Assembly (NCBI GenBank): GCA_964016885.1
Contig: OZ024748.1
Location: 37,014,001 to 37,078,000 of the forward strand
DNA length: 64,000 nt
Source: Eledone cirrhosa
Taxonomy: Eukaryota
Reading direction: 5' to 3'
Shown here: piece by piece, positions 28,801-45,159 of the stretch
How the letters are laid out: each line of letters starts with the position of its first letter
How positions within the stretch are numbered: the first letter of the stretch is position 1
Notes under the pieces: model-generated
Databases searched by the model: none
What the model was told of the DNA's origin: nothing
What the model saw: only the letters and a program-made list of their open reading frames with translations
Position numbers and translations under genes: made by a program

Positions 28801-31800
28801 GCCTCTGTCTCACCCACTCTCTCATATTACACCAGGTCCGAACACAGAGGAACCAAACTCCCACTGTCACTGCCTCTGTCTCTCCCACTCTCTCATATTA
28901 CACCAGGTCCCAACACAGAGGAACCAAACTCCCACTGTCACTGCCTCTGTCTCTCCCACTCTCTCATATTACACCAGGTCCCAACACAGAGGAACCAAAC
29001 TCCCACTGTCACTGCCTGTGTCTCTCCCACTCTCTCATATTACACCAGGTCCCAACACAGAGGAACCAAACTCCCACTGTCACTGCCTCTGTCTCTGCCA
29101 CTCTCTCATATTACACCAGGTCCTAACACAGAGGAACCAAACTCCCACTGTCACTGCCTCTGTCTCTCCCACTCTCTCATATTACACCAGGTCCTAACAC
29201 AGAGGAACCAAACCCCCACTGTGACTGCCCCTCTCTCTCCCACTCTCTCATATTACACCAGGTCCCAACACAGAGGAACCAAACTCCCACTGTCACTGCC
29301 TCTGTCTCTCCCACTCTCTCATATTACACCAGGTCCCAACACAGAGGAACCAAACTCCCACTGTCACTGCCTCTGTCTCTCCCACTCTCTCATATTAGAC
29401 CAGGTCCCAACACAGAGGAACCAAACTCCCACTGTCACTGCCTCTGTCTCTCCCACTCTCTCATATTACACCAGGTCCTAACACAGAGGAACCAAGCTCC
29501 CACTGTCACTGCCTCTGTCTCTCCCACTCTCTCATATTACACCAGGTCCTAACACAGAGGAACCAAACCCCCACTGTTACTGCCCCTCTCTCTCCCACTC
29601 TCTCATATTACACCAGGTCCCAACACAGAGGAACCAAACTCCCACTGTCACTGCCTCTGTCTCTCCCACTCTCTCATATTACACCAGGTCCCAACACAGA
29701 GGAACCAAACTCCCACTGTCACTGCCTCTGTCTCTCCCACTCTCTCATATTAGACCAGGTCATAACACGGAGGAACCAAACTCCCACTGTCTCTGCCCCT
29801 GTCTCTCCCACTCTCTCATATTACACCAGGTCCCAACACAGAGGAACCAAACTCCCACTGTCACTGCCTCTGTCTCTCCCACTCTCTCATATTACACCAG
29901 GTCCTAACACAGAGGAACCAAACCCCCACTGTCACTGCCTCTCTCTCTCCCAGTCTCTCATATTACACCAGGTCCTAACACAGAGGAACCAAACCCCCAC
30001 TCTCACTGCCTCTGTCTCTCCCACTCTCTCATATTACACCAGGTCCTAACACAGAGGAACCAAACTCCCACTGTCACTGCCTGCGTCTCTCCCACTCTCT
30101 CATACTAAACCAGGTCCAACACAGAGGAACCAAACTCCCACTGTCACTGCCTCTGTCTCTCCCACTCTGTCATATACACCAGGTCCGAATAAGGAGGAAC
30201 CAAACTCCCACTGTCACTGCCTCTGTCTCTCCCACTCTCTCATATTACACCAGGTCCCAACACGGAGGAACCAAACTCCCACTGTCACTGCCTCTGTCTC
30301 TCCCACTCTCTCATATTACACCAGGTCCCAACACAGAGGAACCAAACTCCCGCTGTCACTGCCTCTGTCTCTCCCACTCTCTCATATTACACCAGGTCCT
30401 AACACAGAGGAACCAAACTCCCACTGTCACTGCCTCCGTCTCTCCCACACTCTCATACTAAACCAGGTCCAACACAGAGGAACCAAACTCCCACTGTCAC
30501 TGCCTCTGTCTCACCCACTCTCTCATATTACACCAGGTCCGAACACAGAGGAACCAAACTCCCACTGTCACTGCCTCTGTCTCTCCCACTCTCTCACATT
30601 ACACCAGGTCCCAACACAGAGGAACCAAACTCCCACTGTCACTGCCTCTGTCTCTCCCACTCTCTCATATTACACCAGGTCCCAACACAGAGGAACCAAA
30701 CTCCCACTGTCACTGCCTCTGTCTCTCCCACTCTCTCATATTACACCAGGTCCCAACACAGAGGAACCAAACTCCCACTGTCACTGTCTCCGTCTCTCCC
30801 ACTTTCTCATACTAAACCAGGTCCCAACACAGAGGAACCAAACTCCCACTGTCACTGTCTCTGTCTCTCCCACTCTCTCATATTACACCAGGTCCTAACA
30901 CAGAGGAACCAAACTCCCACTGTCACTGCCTCTGTCTCTCCCACTCTCTCACATTACACCAGGTCCCAACACAGAGAACCAAACTCCCACTGTCACTGCC
31001 TCTGTCTCTCCCACTCTCTCACATTACACCAGGTCCTAACACAGATGAACCAAACTCCCACTGTCACTGCCTCTGTCTTTCCCGCTCTCTCATATTACAC
31101 CAGGTCCTAACACAGAGGAACCAAACTCCCACTGTCACTGCCTCTGTCTCTCCCACTCTCTCACATTACACCAGTCCCTAACACAGAGGAACCAAACTCC
31201 CACTGTCACTGCCTCTGTCTTTCCCGCTCTCTCATATTACACCAGGTCCTAACACAGAGGAACCAAACTCCCACTATCACTGCCTCTCTCTCTCCCACTC
31301 TCTCATATTACACCAGGTCCAAGACAGAGGAACCAAACTACTACTGTCACTGCCTCTGTCTCTCCCACTCTCTCATATACACCAGGTCCGAACACTGAGG
31401 TACGAAACCCCCATTGTCACTGCCTCTGTCTCTCCCACTCTCTCACATTACACCAGGTCCTAACACAGAGGAACCAAACTCCCACTGTCACTGCCTCTGT
31501 CTCTCCCGCTCTCTCATATTACACCAGGTCCTAACACAGAGGAACCAAACCCCCACTGTCACTGCCCCTCTCTCTCCCACTCTCTCATATTACACCAGGT
31601 CCTAACACAGAGGAACCAAACTCCCACTGTCACTGCCTCTGTCTCTCCCGCTCTCTCATATTACACCAGGTCCTAACACAGAGGAACCAAACCCCCACTG
31701 TCACTGCCCCTCTCTCTCCCACTCTCTCATATTACACCAGGTCCCAACACATAGGAACCAAACTCCCACTGTCACTGCCTCTGTCTCTCCCACTCTCTCA

Positions 31801-34800
31801 TATTAGACCAGGTCATAACACAGAGGAACCAAACTCCCACTGTCTCTGCCCCTGTCTCTCCCACTCTCTCATATTACACCAGGCCCCAACACAGACGAAC
31901 CAAACTCCCACTGTCACTGCCTCTGTCTCTCCCACTCTCTCATATTACACCAGGTCCTAACACAGAGGAAGCATACTCCCACTGTCTCTGCCCCTGTCTC
32001 TCCCACTCTCTCATATTACACCAGGCCCCAACACAGACGAACCAAACTCCCACTGTCACTGCCTCTCTCTCTCCCACTCTCTCATATTACACCAGGTCCT
32101 AACACAGAGGAACCAAACTCCCACTGTCACTGCCTCCGTCTCTCCCACTCTCTCATACTAAACCAGGTCCAACACAGAGGAACCAAACTCCCACTGTCAC
32201 TGCCTCTGTCTCTCCCACTCTGTCACATACACCAAGTCCGAATACAGAGGAACCAAACTCCCACTGTCACTGCATCTGTCTCTCCCACTCTCTCATATTA
32301 CACCAGGTCCCAACACGGAGGAACCAAACTCCCACTCTCACTGCCTCTGTCTCTCCCACTCTCTCATATTACACCAGGTCCCAACACAGAGGAACCAAAC
32401 TCCCACTGTCACTTCCTCTGACTCTCCCACTCTCTCATATTACACCAGGTCCCAACACAGAGGAACCAAACTCCCGCTGTCACTGCCTCTCTCTCTCCCA
32501 CTCTCTCATATTACACCAGGTCCTAACACAGAGGAACCAAACCCCCACTGTCACTGCCTCTCTCTCTCCCACTCTCTCATATTACACCAGGTCCCAACAC
32601 AGAGGAACCAAACTCCCGCTGTCACTGCCTCTCTCTCTCCCACTCTCTCATATTACACCAGGTCCCAACACAGAGGAACCAAACTCCCGCTGTCACTGCC
32701 TCTCTCTCTCCCACTCTCTCATATTACACCAGGTCCTAACACAGAGGAACCAAACCCCCACTGTCACTGCCTCCGTCTCTCCCACACTCTCATATTACAC
32801 CAGGTCCAACACAGAGGAACCAAACTCCCACTGTCACTGCCTCTGTCTCACCCACTCTCTCATATTACACCAGGTCCGAACACAGAGGAACCAAACTCCC
32901 ACTGTCACTGCCTCTGTCTCTCCCACTCTCTCATATTACACCAGGTCCCAACACAGAGGAACCAAACTCCCACTGTCACTGCCTCTGTCTCTCCCACTCT
33001 CTCATATTACACCAGGTCCCAACACAGAGGAACCAAACTCCCACTGTCACTGTCTCCGTCTCTCCCACTTTCTCATACTAAACCAGGTCCCAACACAGAG
33101 GAACCAAACTCCCACTGTCACTGCCTCTGTCTCTCCCACTCTCTCATATTACACCAGGTCCCAACACAGAGGAACCAAACTCTCACTGTCACTGTCTCCG
33201 TCTCTCCCACTTTCTCATAATAAACCAGGTCCCAACACAGAGGAACCAAACTCCCACTGTCACTGTCTCTGTCTCTCCCACTCTCTCATATTACACCAGG
33301 TCCTAACACAGAGGAACCAAACTCCCACTGTCACTGCCTCTGTCTCTCCCACTCTCTCACATTACACCAGGTCCTAACACAAATGAACCAAACTCCCACT
33401 GTCACTGCCTCTGTCTTTCCCGCTCTCTCATATTACATCAGGTCCTAACACAGAGGAACCAAACTCCCACTATCACTGCCTCTCTCTCTCCCACTCTCTC
33501 ATATTACACCAGGTCCAACACAGAGGAACCAAACTACTACTGTCACTGCCTCTGTCTCTCCCACTCTCTCATATACACCAGGTCCGAACACTGAGGTACG
33601 AAACCCCCATTGTCACTGCCTCTGTCTCTCCCACTCTCTCATATAAACCAGGTCCGAACACAGAGGAACCAAACTCCCACTGTCACTGCCTCTGTCTCTC
33701 CCACTCTCTCATAATACACCAGGTCCTAACACAGAGGAACCAAACTCCCACTGTCACTGCCTCTGTCTCTCCCACTCTCTCATATTTCACCAGGTCCTAA
33801 CACAGAGGAACCAAACTCCCACTGTCACTGCCTCTGTCTCTCCCGCTCTCTCATATTACACCAGGTCCTAACACAGAGGAACCAAACCCCCACTGTCACT
33901 GCCCCTCTCTCTCCCACTCTCTCATATTACACCAGGTCCCAACACATAGGAACCAAACTCCCACTGTCACTGCCTCTGTCTCTCCCACTCTCTCATATTA
34001 CACCAGGTCCCAACACAGAGGAACCAAACTCCCACTGTCACTGCCTCCGTCTCTCCCACTCTCTCATACTAAACCAGGTCCAACACAGAGGAACCAAACT
34101 CCCACTGTCACTGCCTCTGTCTCTCCCACTCTGTCATATACACCAGGTCCGAATACAGAGGAACCAAACTCCCACTGTCACTGCCTCTGTCTCTCCCACT
34201 CTCTCATATTACACCAGGTCCCAACACGGAGGAACCAAACTCCCACTCTCACTGCCTCTGTCTCTCCCACTCTCTCATATTACACCAGGTCCCAACACAG
34301 AGGAACCAAACTCCCACTGTCACTTCCTCTGACTCTCCCACTCTCTCATATTACACCAGGTCCTAACACAGAGGAACCAAACTCCCACTGTCACTGCCTC
34401 TGTCTCTCCCACTCTCTCATATTACACCAGGTCCCAACACGGAGGAACCAAACTCCCACTCTCACTGCCTCTGTCTCTCCCACTCTCTCATATTACACCA
34501 GGTCCCAACACAGAGGAACCAAACTCCCACTGTCACTTCCTCTGACTCTCCCACTCTCTCATATTTCACCAGGTCCTAACACAGAGGAACCAAACTCCCA
34601 CTGTCACTGCCTCTGTCTCTCCCACTCTCTCATATTACACCAGGTCCCAACACAGAGGAACCAAACTCCCACTGTCACTGCCTCTGTCTCTCCCACTCTC
34701 TCATATTACACCAGGTCCCAACACGGAGGAACCAAACTCCCACTCTCACTGCCTCTGTCTCTCCCACTCTCTCATATTACACCAGGTCCCAACACAGAGG

Positions 34801-37800
34801 AACCAAACTCCCACTGTCACTTCCTCTGACTCTCCCACTCTCTCATATTACACCAGGTCCCAACACAGAGGAACCAAACTCCCGCTGTCACTGCCTCTGT
34901 CTCTCCCACTCTCTCATATTACACCAGGTCCTAACACAGAGGAACCAAACCCCCACTGTCACTGCCTCTCTCTCTCCCACTCTCTCATATTACACCAGGT
35001 CCTAACACAGAGGAACCAAACCCCCACTGTCACTGCCTCTGTCTCTCCCACTTTCTCATACTAAACCAGGTCCCAACACAGAGGAACCAAACTCCCACTG
35101 TCACTGCCTCTGTCTCTCCCACTCTCTCATATTACACCAGTCCCTAACACAGAGGAACCAAACTCCCACTGTCACTGCCTCTGTCTCTCCAACTCTCTCA
35201 TATTACACCAGGTCCCAACACAGAGGAACCAAACTCCCACTGTCACTATCCTCTGTCTCTACCACTCTCTCATATTACACCAGGTCCCAACACAGAGGAA
35301 CCAATCTCCCACTGTCACTGCCTCTGTCTCTCCCACTCTCTCATATTACACCAGGTCCTAACACAGAGGAACCAAACCCCCACTGTCACTGCCTCTGTCT
35401 CACCCACTCTCTCATATTACACCAGGTCCCAACACAGAGGAACCAAACTCCCACTGTCACTGCCTCTGTCTCACCCACTCTCTCATATTACACCAGGTCC
35501 CAACACAGAGGAACCAAACTCCCACTGTCACTGTCTCCGTCTCTCCCACTTTCTCATACTAAACCAGGTCCCAACACAGAGGAACCAAACTCCCACTGTC
35601 ACTGCCTCTGTCTCACCCACTCTCTCATATTACACCAGGTCCTAACACAGAGGAACCAAACCCCCACTGTCACTGCCTCCGTCTCTCCCACACTCTTATA
35701 CTAAACCAGGTCCAACACAGAGGAACCAAACTCCCACTGTCACTGCCTCTGTCTCACCCACTCTCTCATATTACACCAGGTCCCAACACAGAGGAACCAA
35801 ACTCCCACTGTCACTGCCTCTGTCTCACCCACTCTCTCATATTACACCAGTCCCTAACACAGAGGAACCAAACTCCCACTGTCACTGCCTCTGTCTCTCC
35901 CACTCTCTCATACTAAACCAGGTCCCAACACAGAGGAACCAAACTCCCACTGTCACTGCCTCTGTCTCTCCCACTTTCTCATACTAAACCAGGTCCCAAC
36001 ACAGAGGAACCAAACTCCCACTGTCACTGTCTCTGTCTCTCCCACTCTCTCATATTACACCAGGTCCCAACACAGAGGAACCAAACTCCCACTGTCACTG
36101 TCTCTGTCTCTCCCACTCTCTCATATTACACCAGGTCCCAACACAGAGGAACCAAACTCCCACTGTCACTGTCTCTGTCTCTCCCACTTTCTCATACTAA
36201 ACCAGGTCCCAACACAGAGGAACCAAACTCCCACTGTCACTGCCTCTGTCTCTCCCACTCTCTCATATTACACCAGGTCCCAACACAGAGGAACCAAACT
36301 CCCACTGTCACTGTCTCCGTCTCTCCCACTTTCTCATACTAAACCAGGTCCCAACACAGAGGAACCAAACTCCCACTGTCACTGTCTCTGTCTCTCCCAC
36401 TCTCTCATATTACACCAGGTCCCAACACAGAGGAACCAAACTCCCACTGTCACTGCCTCTGTCTCTCCCACTTTCTCATACTAAACCAGGTCCCAACACA
36501 GAGGAACCAAACTCCCACTGTCACTGCCTCTGTCTCTCCCACTCTCTCATATTACACCAGGTCCCAACACAGAGGAACCAAACTCCCACTGTCACTGCCT
36601 CTGTCTCTCCCACTCTCTCATATTACACCAGGTCCCAACACAGAGGAACCAAACTCCCACTGTCACTGTCTCTGTCTCTCCCACTTTCTCATACTAAACC
36701 AGGTCCCAACACAGAGGAACCAAACTCCCACTGTCACTGCCTCTGTCTCTCCCACTCTCTCATATTACACCAGGTCCCAACACAGAGGAACCAAACTCCC
36801 ACTGTCACTGTCTCCGTCTCTCCCACTTTCTCATACTAAACCAGGTCCCAACACAGAGAACCAAACTCCCACTGTCACTGCCTCTGTCTCTCCCACTCTC
36901 TCACATTACACCAGGTCCTAACACAGAGGAACCAAACTCCCACTATCACTGCCTCTCTCTCTCCCACTCTCTCATATTACACCAGGTCCAAGACAGAGGA
37001 ACCAAACTACTACTGTCACTGCCTCTGTCTCTCCCACTCTCTCATATACACCAGGTCCGAACACTGAGGTACGAAACCCCCATTGTCACTGCCTCTGTCT
37101 CTCCCACTCTCTCACATTACACCAGGTCCTAACACAGAGGAACCAAACTCCCACTGTCACTGCCTCTGTCTCTCCCGCTCTCTCATATTACACCAGGTCC
37201 TAACACAGAGGAACCAAACCCCCACTGTCACTGCCCCTCTCTCTCCCACTCTCTCATATTACACCAGGTCCCAACACATAGGAACCAAACTCCCACTGTC
37301 ACTGCCTCTGTCTCTCCCACTCTCTCATATTAGACCAGGTCATAACACAGAGGAACCAAACTCCCACTGTCTCTGCCCCTGTCTCTCCCACTCTCTCATA
37401 TTACACCAGGCCCCAACACAGAGGAACCAAACTCCCACTGTCACTGCCTCTGTCTCTCCCACTCTCTCATATTACACCAGGTCCTAACACAGAGGAACCA
37501 AACCCCCACTGTCACTGCCTCTCTCTCTCCCAGTCTCTCATATTACACCAGGTCCTAACACAGAGGAACCAAACCCCCACTGTCACTGCCTCTCTCTCTC
37601 CCACTCTCTCATATTACACCAGGTCCTAACACAGAGGAACCAAACTCCCACTGTCACTGCCTCCGTCTCTCCCACTCTCTCATACTAAACCAGGTCCAAC
37701 ACAGAGGAACCAAACTCCCACTGTCACTGCCTCTGTCTCTCCCACTCTGTCACATACACCAGGTGCGAATACAGAGGAACCAAACTCCCACTGTCACATC

Positions 37801-40800
37801 CTCTGACTCTCCCACTCTCTCATATTACACCAGGTCCCAACACAGAGGAACCAAACTCCCACTGTCACTGTCTCTGTCTCTCCCACTCTCTCATATTACA
37901 CCAGGTCCCAACACAGAGGAACCAAACTCCCACTGTCACATCCTCTGACTCTCCCACTCTCTCATATTACACCAGGTCCCAACACAGAGGAACCAAACTC
38001 CCGCTGTCACTGCCTCTGTCTCTCCCACTAACTCATATTACACCAGGTCCTAACACAGAGGAACCAAACCCCCACTGTCACTGCCTCTCTCTCTCCCACT
38101 CTCTCATATTACACCAGGTCCTAACACAGAGGAACCAAACCCCCACTGTCACTGCCTCCGTCTCTCCCACACTCTCATACTAAACCAGGTCCAACACAGA
38201 GGAACCAAACTCCCACTGTCACTGCCTCTGTCTCTCCCACTCTCTCATATTACACCAGGTCCTAACACAGAGGAACCAAACTCCCACTATCACTGCCTCT
38301 CTCTCTCCCACTCTCTCATATTACACCAGGTCCTAACACAGAGGAACCAAACTCCCACTGTCACTGCCTCTGTCTCTCCCACTCTCTCATATTACACTAG
38401 GTCCTAACACAGAGGAACCAAACTCCCACTGTCACTGCCTCTGTCTCTACCACTCTCTCATATTACACCAGGTCCTAACACAGAGGAACCAAACTCCCAC
38501 TGTCACTGCCTCTGTCTCACCCACTCTCTCATATTACACCAGGTCCTAACACAGAGGAACCAAACTCCCACTGTCACTGCCTCTGTCTCTCCCACTCTCT
38601 CATATTACACCAGGTCCTAACACAGAGGAACCAAACTCCCACTGTCACTGCCTCTGTCTCTACCACTCTCTCATATTACACCAGGTCCCAACACAGAGGA
38701 ACCAAACTCCCACTGTCACTGCCTCTGTCTCTACCACTCTCTCATATTACACCAGGTCCCAACACAGAGGAACCAAACCCCCACTGTCACTGCCTCTCTC
38801 TCTCCCACTCTCTCATATTACACCAGGTCCTAACACAGAGGAACCAAACTCCCACTGTCACTGCCTCTGTCTCTCCCACTCTCTCATATTACACCAGGTC
38901 CTAACACAGAGGAACCAAACTCCCACTGTCACTGCCTCTGTCTCTACCACTCTCTCATATTACACCAGGTCCCAACACAGAGGAACCAAACTCCCACTGT
39001 CACTGTCTCCGTCTCTCCCACTTTCTCATACTAAACCAGGTCCCAACACAGAGGAACCAAACTCCCACTGTCACTGCCTCTGTCTCTCCCACTCTCTCAT
39101 ATTACACCAGGTCCCAACACAGAGGAACCAAACTCTCACTGTCACTGTCTCCGTCTCTCCCACTTTCTCATACTAAACCAGGTCCCAACACAGAGGAACC
39201 AAACTCCCACTGTCACTGTCTCTGTCTCTCCCACTCTCTCATATTACACCAGGTCCTAACACAGAGGAACCAAACTCCCACTATCACTGCCTCTCTCTCT
39301 CCCACTCTCTCATATTACACCAGGTCCAACACAGAGAAACCAAACTACTACTGTCACTGCCTCTGTCTCTTCCGCTCTCTCATATAAACCAGGTCCGAAC
39401 ACAGAGGAACCAAACTCCCACTGTCACTGCCTCTGTCTCTCCCACTCTCTCATAATACACCAGGTCCTAACACAGAGGAACCAAACTCCCACTGTCACTG
39501 CCTCTGTCTCTCCCACTCTCTCATATTTCACCAGGTCCTAACACAGAGAAACCAAACTCCCACTGTCACTGCCTCTGTCTCTCCCGCTCTCTCATATTAC
39601 ACCAGGTCCTAACACAGAGGAACCAAACCCCCACTGTCACTGCCCCTCTCTCTCCCAATCCCTCATATTACACCAGGTCCCAACACATAGGAACCAAACT
39701 CCCACTGTCACTGCCTCTGTCTCTCCCACTCCCTCATATTACACCAGGTCCCAACACAGAGGAACCAAACTCCCACTGTCACTGCCTCTGTCTCTCCCAC
39801 TCTCTCATATTACACCAGGTCATAACACAGAGGAACCAAACTCCCACTGTCTCTGCCCCTGTCTCTCCCACTCTCTCATATTACACCAGGTCCCAACACA
39901 GAGGAACCAAACTCCCACTGTCACTGCCTCTGTCTCTCCCACTCTCTCATATTACACCAGGTCCTAACACAGAGGAACCAAACCTCCACTGTCACTGCCT
40001 CTCTCTCTCCCAGTCTCTCATATTACACCAGGTCCTAACACAGAGGAACCAAACCCCCACTGTCACTGCCTCTCTCTCTCCCACTCTCTCATATTACACC
40101 AGGTCCTAACACAGAGGAACCAAACTCCCACTGTCACTGCCTCCGTCTCTCCCACTCTCTCATACTAAACCAGGTCCAACACAGAGGAACCAAACTCCCA
40201 CTGTCACTGCCTCTGTCTCTCCCACTCTCTCATATTACACCAGGTCCCAACACAGAGGAACCAAACACCCACTGTCACTTCCTCTGACTCTCCCACTCTC
40301 TCATATTACACCAGGTCCCAACACAGAGGAACCAAACTCCCGCTGTCACTGCCTCTGTCTCTCCCACTCTCTCATATTACACCAGGTCCCAACACAGAGG
40401 AACCAAACCCCCACTGTCACTGCCTCTCTCTCTCCCACTCTCTCATATTACACCAGGTCCTAACACAGAGGAACCAAACCCCCACTGTCACTGCCTCCAT
40501 CTCTTCCACACTCTTATACTAAACCAGGTCCAACACAAAGGAACCAAACTCCCACTGTCACTGCCTCTGTCTCTCCCACTCTCTCATATTACACCAGGTC
40601 CCAACACAGAGGAACCAAACCCCCACTGTCACTGCCTCTGTCTCTCCCACTCTCTCATATTACACCAGGTCCCAACACAGAGGAACCAAACTCCCACTGT
40701 CACTGCCTCTGTCTCTCCCACTCTCTCACATTACACCAGGTCCCAACACAGAGGAACCAAACTACCACTGTCACTGCCTCTGTCTCTCCCACTCTCTCAC

Positions 40801-43800
40801 ATTACACCAGGTCCTAACACAGATGAACCAAACTCCCACTGTCACTGCCTCTGTCTCTCCCACTCTCTCATATTACACCAGGTCCCAACACAGAGGAACC
40901 AAACTCCCACTGTCACTGCCTCTGTCTCTCCCACTCTCTCACATTACACCAGGTCCTAACACAGATGAACCAAACTCCCACTGTCACTGCCTCTGTCTCT
41001 CCCACTCTCTCATATTACACCAGGTCCCAACACAGAGGAACCAAACTCCCACTGTCACTGCCTCTGTCTCTCCCACTCTCTCATGTTACACCAGGTCCCA
41101 ACACAGAGGAACCTAACTCCCACTGTCACTGTCTCCGTCTCTCCCACTTTCTCATACTAAACCAGGTCCCAACACAGAGGAACCAAACTCCCACTGTCAC
41201 TGCCTCTGTCTCTCCCACTCTCTCATATTACACCAGGTCCCAACACAGAGGAACCAAACTCCCACTGTCACTGCCTCTGTCTCTCCCACTCTCTCACATT
41301 ACACCAGGTCCCAACACAGAGGAACCAAACTCCCACTGTCACTGCCTCTGTCTCTCCCACTCTCTCACATTACACCAGGTCCTAACACAGATGAACCAAA
41401 CTCCCACTGTCACTGCCTCTGTCTCTCCCACTCTCTCATATTACACCAGGTCCCAACACAGAGGAACCAAACTCCCACTGTCACTGCCTCTGTCTCTCCC
41501 ACTCTCTCACATTACACCAGGTCCTAACACAGAGGAACCAAACTCCCACTGTCACTGCCTCTGTCTCTCCCACTCTCTCACATTACACCAGGTCCCAACA
41601 CAGAGGAACCAAACTCCCACTGTCACTGCCTCTGTCTCTCCCACTCTCTCACATTACACCAGGTCCTAACACAGATGAACCAAACTCCCACTGTCACTGC
41701 CTCTGTCTCTCCCACTCTCTCACATTACACCAGGTCCCAACACAGAGGAACCAAACTCCCACTGTCACTGCCTCTGTCTCTCCCACTCTCTCACATTACA
41801 CCAGGTCCTAACACAGATGAACCAAACTCCCACTGTCACTGCCTCTGTCTTTCCCGCTCTCTCATATTACACCAGTTCCTAACACAGAGGAACCAAACTC
41901 CCCCTGTAACTGCCTCTCTCTCTGCCACTCTCTCACATTACACCAGTTCCCAACATAGAGGAACCAAACTCCCACTGTCACTGCCTCTGTCTCTCCCACT
42001 CTCTCATATTTCACCAGGTCCCAACACAGAGGAACCAATCTCCCACTGTCACTGTCTCTCTCTCTCCCACTCTCTCATATTACACCAGTTCCTAACACAG
42101 AGGAACCAAACTCCCACTGTCACTGCCTCTGTCTCTCCCACTCTCTCATATTACACCAGGTCCTAACACAGAGGAACCAAACCCCCACTGTCACTGCCTC
42201 TCTCTCTCCCACTCTCTCATATTACACCAGGTCCTAACACAGAGGAACCAAACCCCCACTGTCACTGCCTCCGTCTCTCCCACACTCTCATACTAAACCA
42301 GGTCCAACACAGAGGAACCAAACTCCCACTGTCACTGCCTCTGTCTCTCCCACTCTCTCATATTACACCAGGTCCTAACACAGAGGAACCAAACCCCCAC
42401 TGTCACTGCCTCTCTCTCTCCCACTCTCTCATATTACACCAGGTCCTAACACAGAGGAACCAAACCCCCACTGTCACTGCCTCCGTCTCTCCCACACTCT
42501 CATACTAAACCAGGTCCAACACAGAGGAACCAAACCCCCACTGTCACTGCCTCTCTCTCTCCCACTCTCTCATATTACACCAGGTCCTAACACAGAGGAA
42601 CCAAACCCCCACTGTCACTGCCTCCGTCTCTCCCACACTCTCATACTAAACCAGGTCCAACACAGAGGAACCAATCTCCCACTGTCACTGTCTCTCTCTC
42701 TCCCACTCTCTCATATTACACCAGTTCCTAACACAGAGGAACCAAACTCCCACTGTCACTGTCTCTCTCTCTCCCACTCTCTCATATTACACCAGGTCCG
42801 AACACAGAGGAACCAAACTCCCACTGTCACTGCCTCTGTCTCTCCCACTCTCTCATATTACACCAGGTCCCAACACAGAGGAACCAAACTCCCACTGTCA
42901 CTGCCTCTGTCTCTCCCACTCTCTCATATTACACCAGGTCCCAACACAGAGGAACCAAACTCCCACTGTCACTGTCTCCGTCTCTCCCACTTTCTCATAC
43001 TAAACCAGGTCCCAACACAGAGGAACCAAACTCCCACTGTCACTGCCTCTGTCTCTCGCACTCTCTCATATTACACCAGTCCCTAACACAGAGGAACCAA
43101 ACTCCCACTGTCACTGCCTCTGTCTCTCCCACTCTCTCATATTTCAACAGGTCCCAACACAGAGGAACCAAACTCCCACTGTCACTGTCTCCTGTCTTTC
43201 CCACTCTCTCATATTACACCAGGTCCCAACACAGAGGTACCAAACTCCCACTGACACTGCCTCTGTCTCTCCCACTCTCTCATATTACACCAGGTCCCAA
43301 CACAGAGGAACCAAACTCCCACTGTCACTGTCTCTGTCTCTCCCACTCTCTCATATTACACCAGGTCCCAACACAGAGGTACCAAACTCCCACTGTCACT
43401 GCCTCTGTCTCTCCCACTCTCTCATATTACACCAGGTCCGAACTCAGAGGAACCAAACTTCCACTGTCACTGTCTCTGTCTCTCCCACTCTCTCACATTA
43501 CACCAGGTCCTAACACAAATGAACCAAACTCCCACTGTCACTGCCTCTGTCTCTCCCACTCTCTCATAATACACCAGGTCCTAACACAGAGGAACCAAAC
43601 TCCCACTGTCACTGCCTCTGTCTCTCCCACTCTCTCATATTACACCAGGTCCTAACACAGAGGAACCAAACCCCCACTGTCACTGCCCCTCTCTCTCCCA
43701 CTCTCTCATATTACACCAGGTCCCAACACATAGGAACCAAACTCCCACTGTCACTGCCTCTGTCTCTCCCACTCTCTCATATTACACCAGGTCCCAACAC

Positions 43801-45159
43801 AGAGGAACCAAACTCCCACTGTCACTGCCTCTGTCTCTCCCACTCTCTCATATTAGACCAGGTCATAACACAGAGGAACCAATCTCCCACTGTCTCTGCC
43901 CCTGTCTCTCCCACTCTCTCATATTACACCAGGTCCCAACACAGAGGAACCAAACTCCCACTGTCACTGCCTCTGTCTCTCCCACTCTCTCATATTACAC
44001 CAGGTCCTAACACAGAGGAACCAAACCCCCACTGTCACTGCCTCTCTCTCTCCCAGTCTCTCATATTACACCAGGTCCTAACACAGAGGAACCAAACCCC
44101 CACTGTCACTGCCTCTCTCTCTCCCACTCTCTCATATTACACCAGGTCCTAACACAGAGGAACCAAACTCCCACTGTCACTGCCTCCGTCTCTCCCACTC
44201 TCTCATACTAAACCAGGTCCAACACAGAGGAACCAAACTCCCACTGTCACTGCCTCTGTCTCTCCCACTTTGTCATATACACCAGGTCCGAATACAGAGG
44301 AACCAAACTCCCACTGTCACTGCCTCTGTCTCTCCCACTCTCTCATATTACACCAGGTCCCAACACGGAGGAACCAAACTCCCACTCTCACTGCCTCTGT
44401 CTCTCCCACTCTCTCATATTACACCAGGTCCTAACACAGAGGAACCAAACTCCCACTGTCACTGCCTCTGTCTCTCCCACTCTCTCATATTACACCAGGT
44501 CCCAACACGGAGGAACCAAACTCCCACTCTCACTGCCTCTGTCTCTCCCACTCTCTCATATTACACCAGGTCCCAACACAGAGGAACCAAACTCCCACTG
44601 TCACTTCCTCTGACTCTCCCACTCTCTCATATTACACCAGGTCCCAACACAGAGGAACCAAACTCCCGCTGTCACTGCCTCTGTCTCTCCCACTCTCTCA
44701 TATTACACCAGGTCCCAACACAGAGGAACCAAACTCCCACTGTCACTGCCTCTGTCTCTCCCACTCTCTCATATTACACCAGGTCCCAACACAGAGGAAC
44801 CAAACTCCCGCTGTCACTGCCTCTGTCTCTCCCACTCTCTCATATTACACCAGGTCCCAACACAGAGGAACCAAACTCCCACTGTCACTTCCTCTGACTC
44901 TCCCACTCTCTCATATTACACCAGGTCCCAACACAGAGGAACCAAACCCCCACTGTCACTGCCTCTCTCTCTCCCACTCTCTCATATTACACCAGGTCCT
45001 AACACAGAGGAACCAAACCCCCACTGTCACTGCCTCCGTCTCTCCCACACTCTCATACTAAACCAGGTCCAACACAGAGGAACCAAACTCCCACTGTCAC
45101 TGCCTCTGTCTCACCCACTCTCTCATATTACACCAGGTCCGAACACAGAGGAACCAAAC

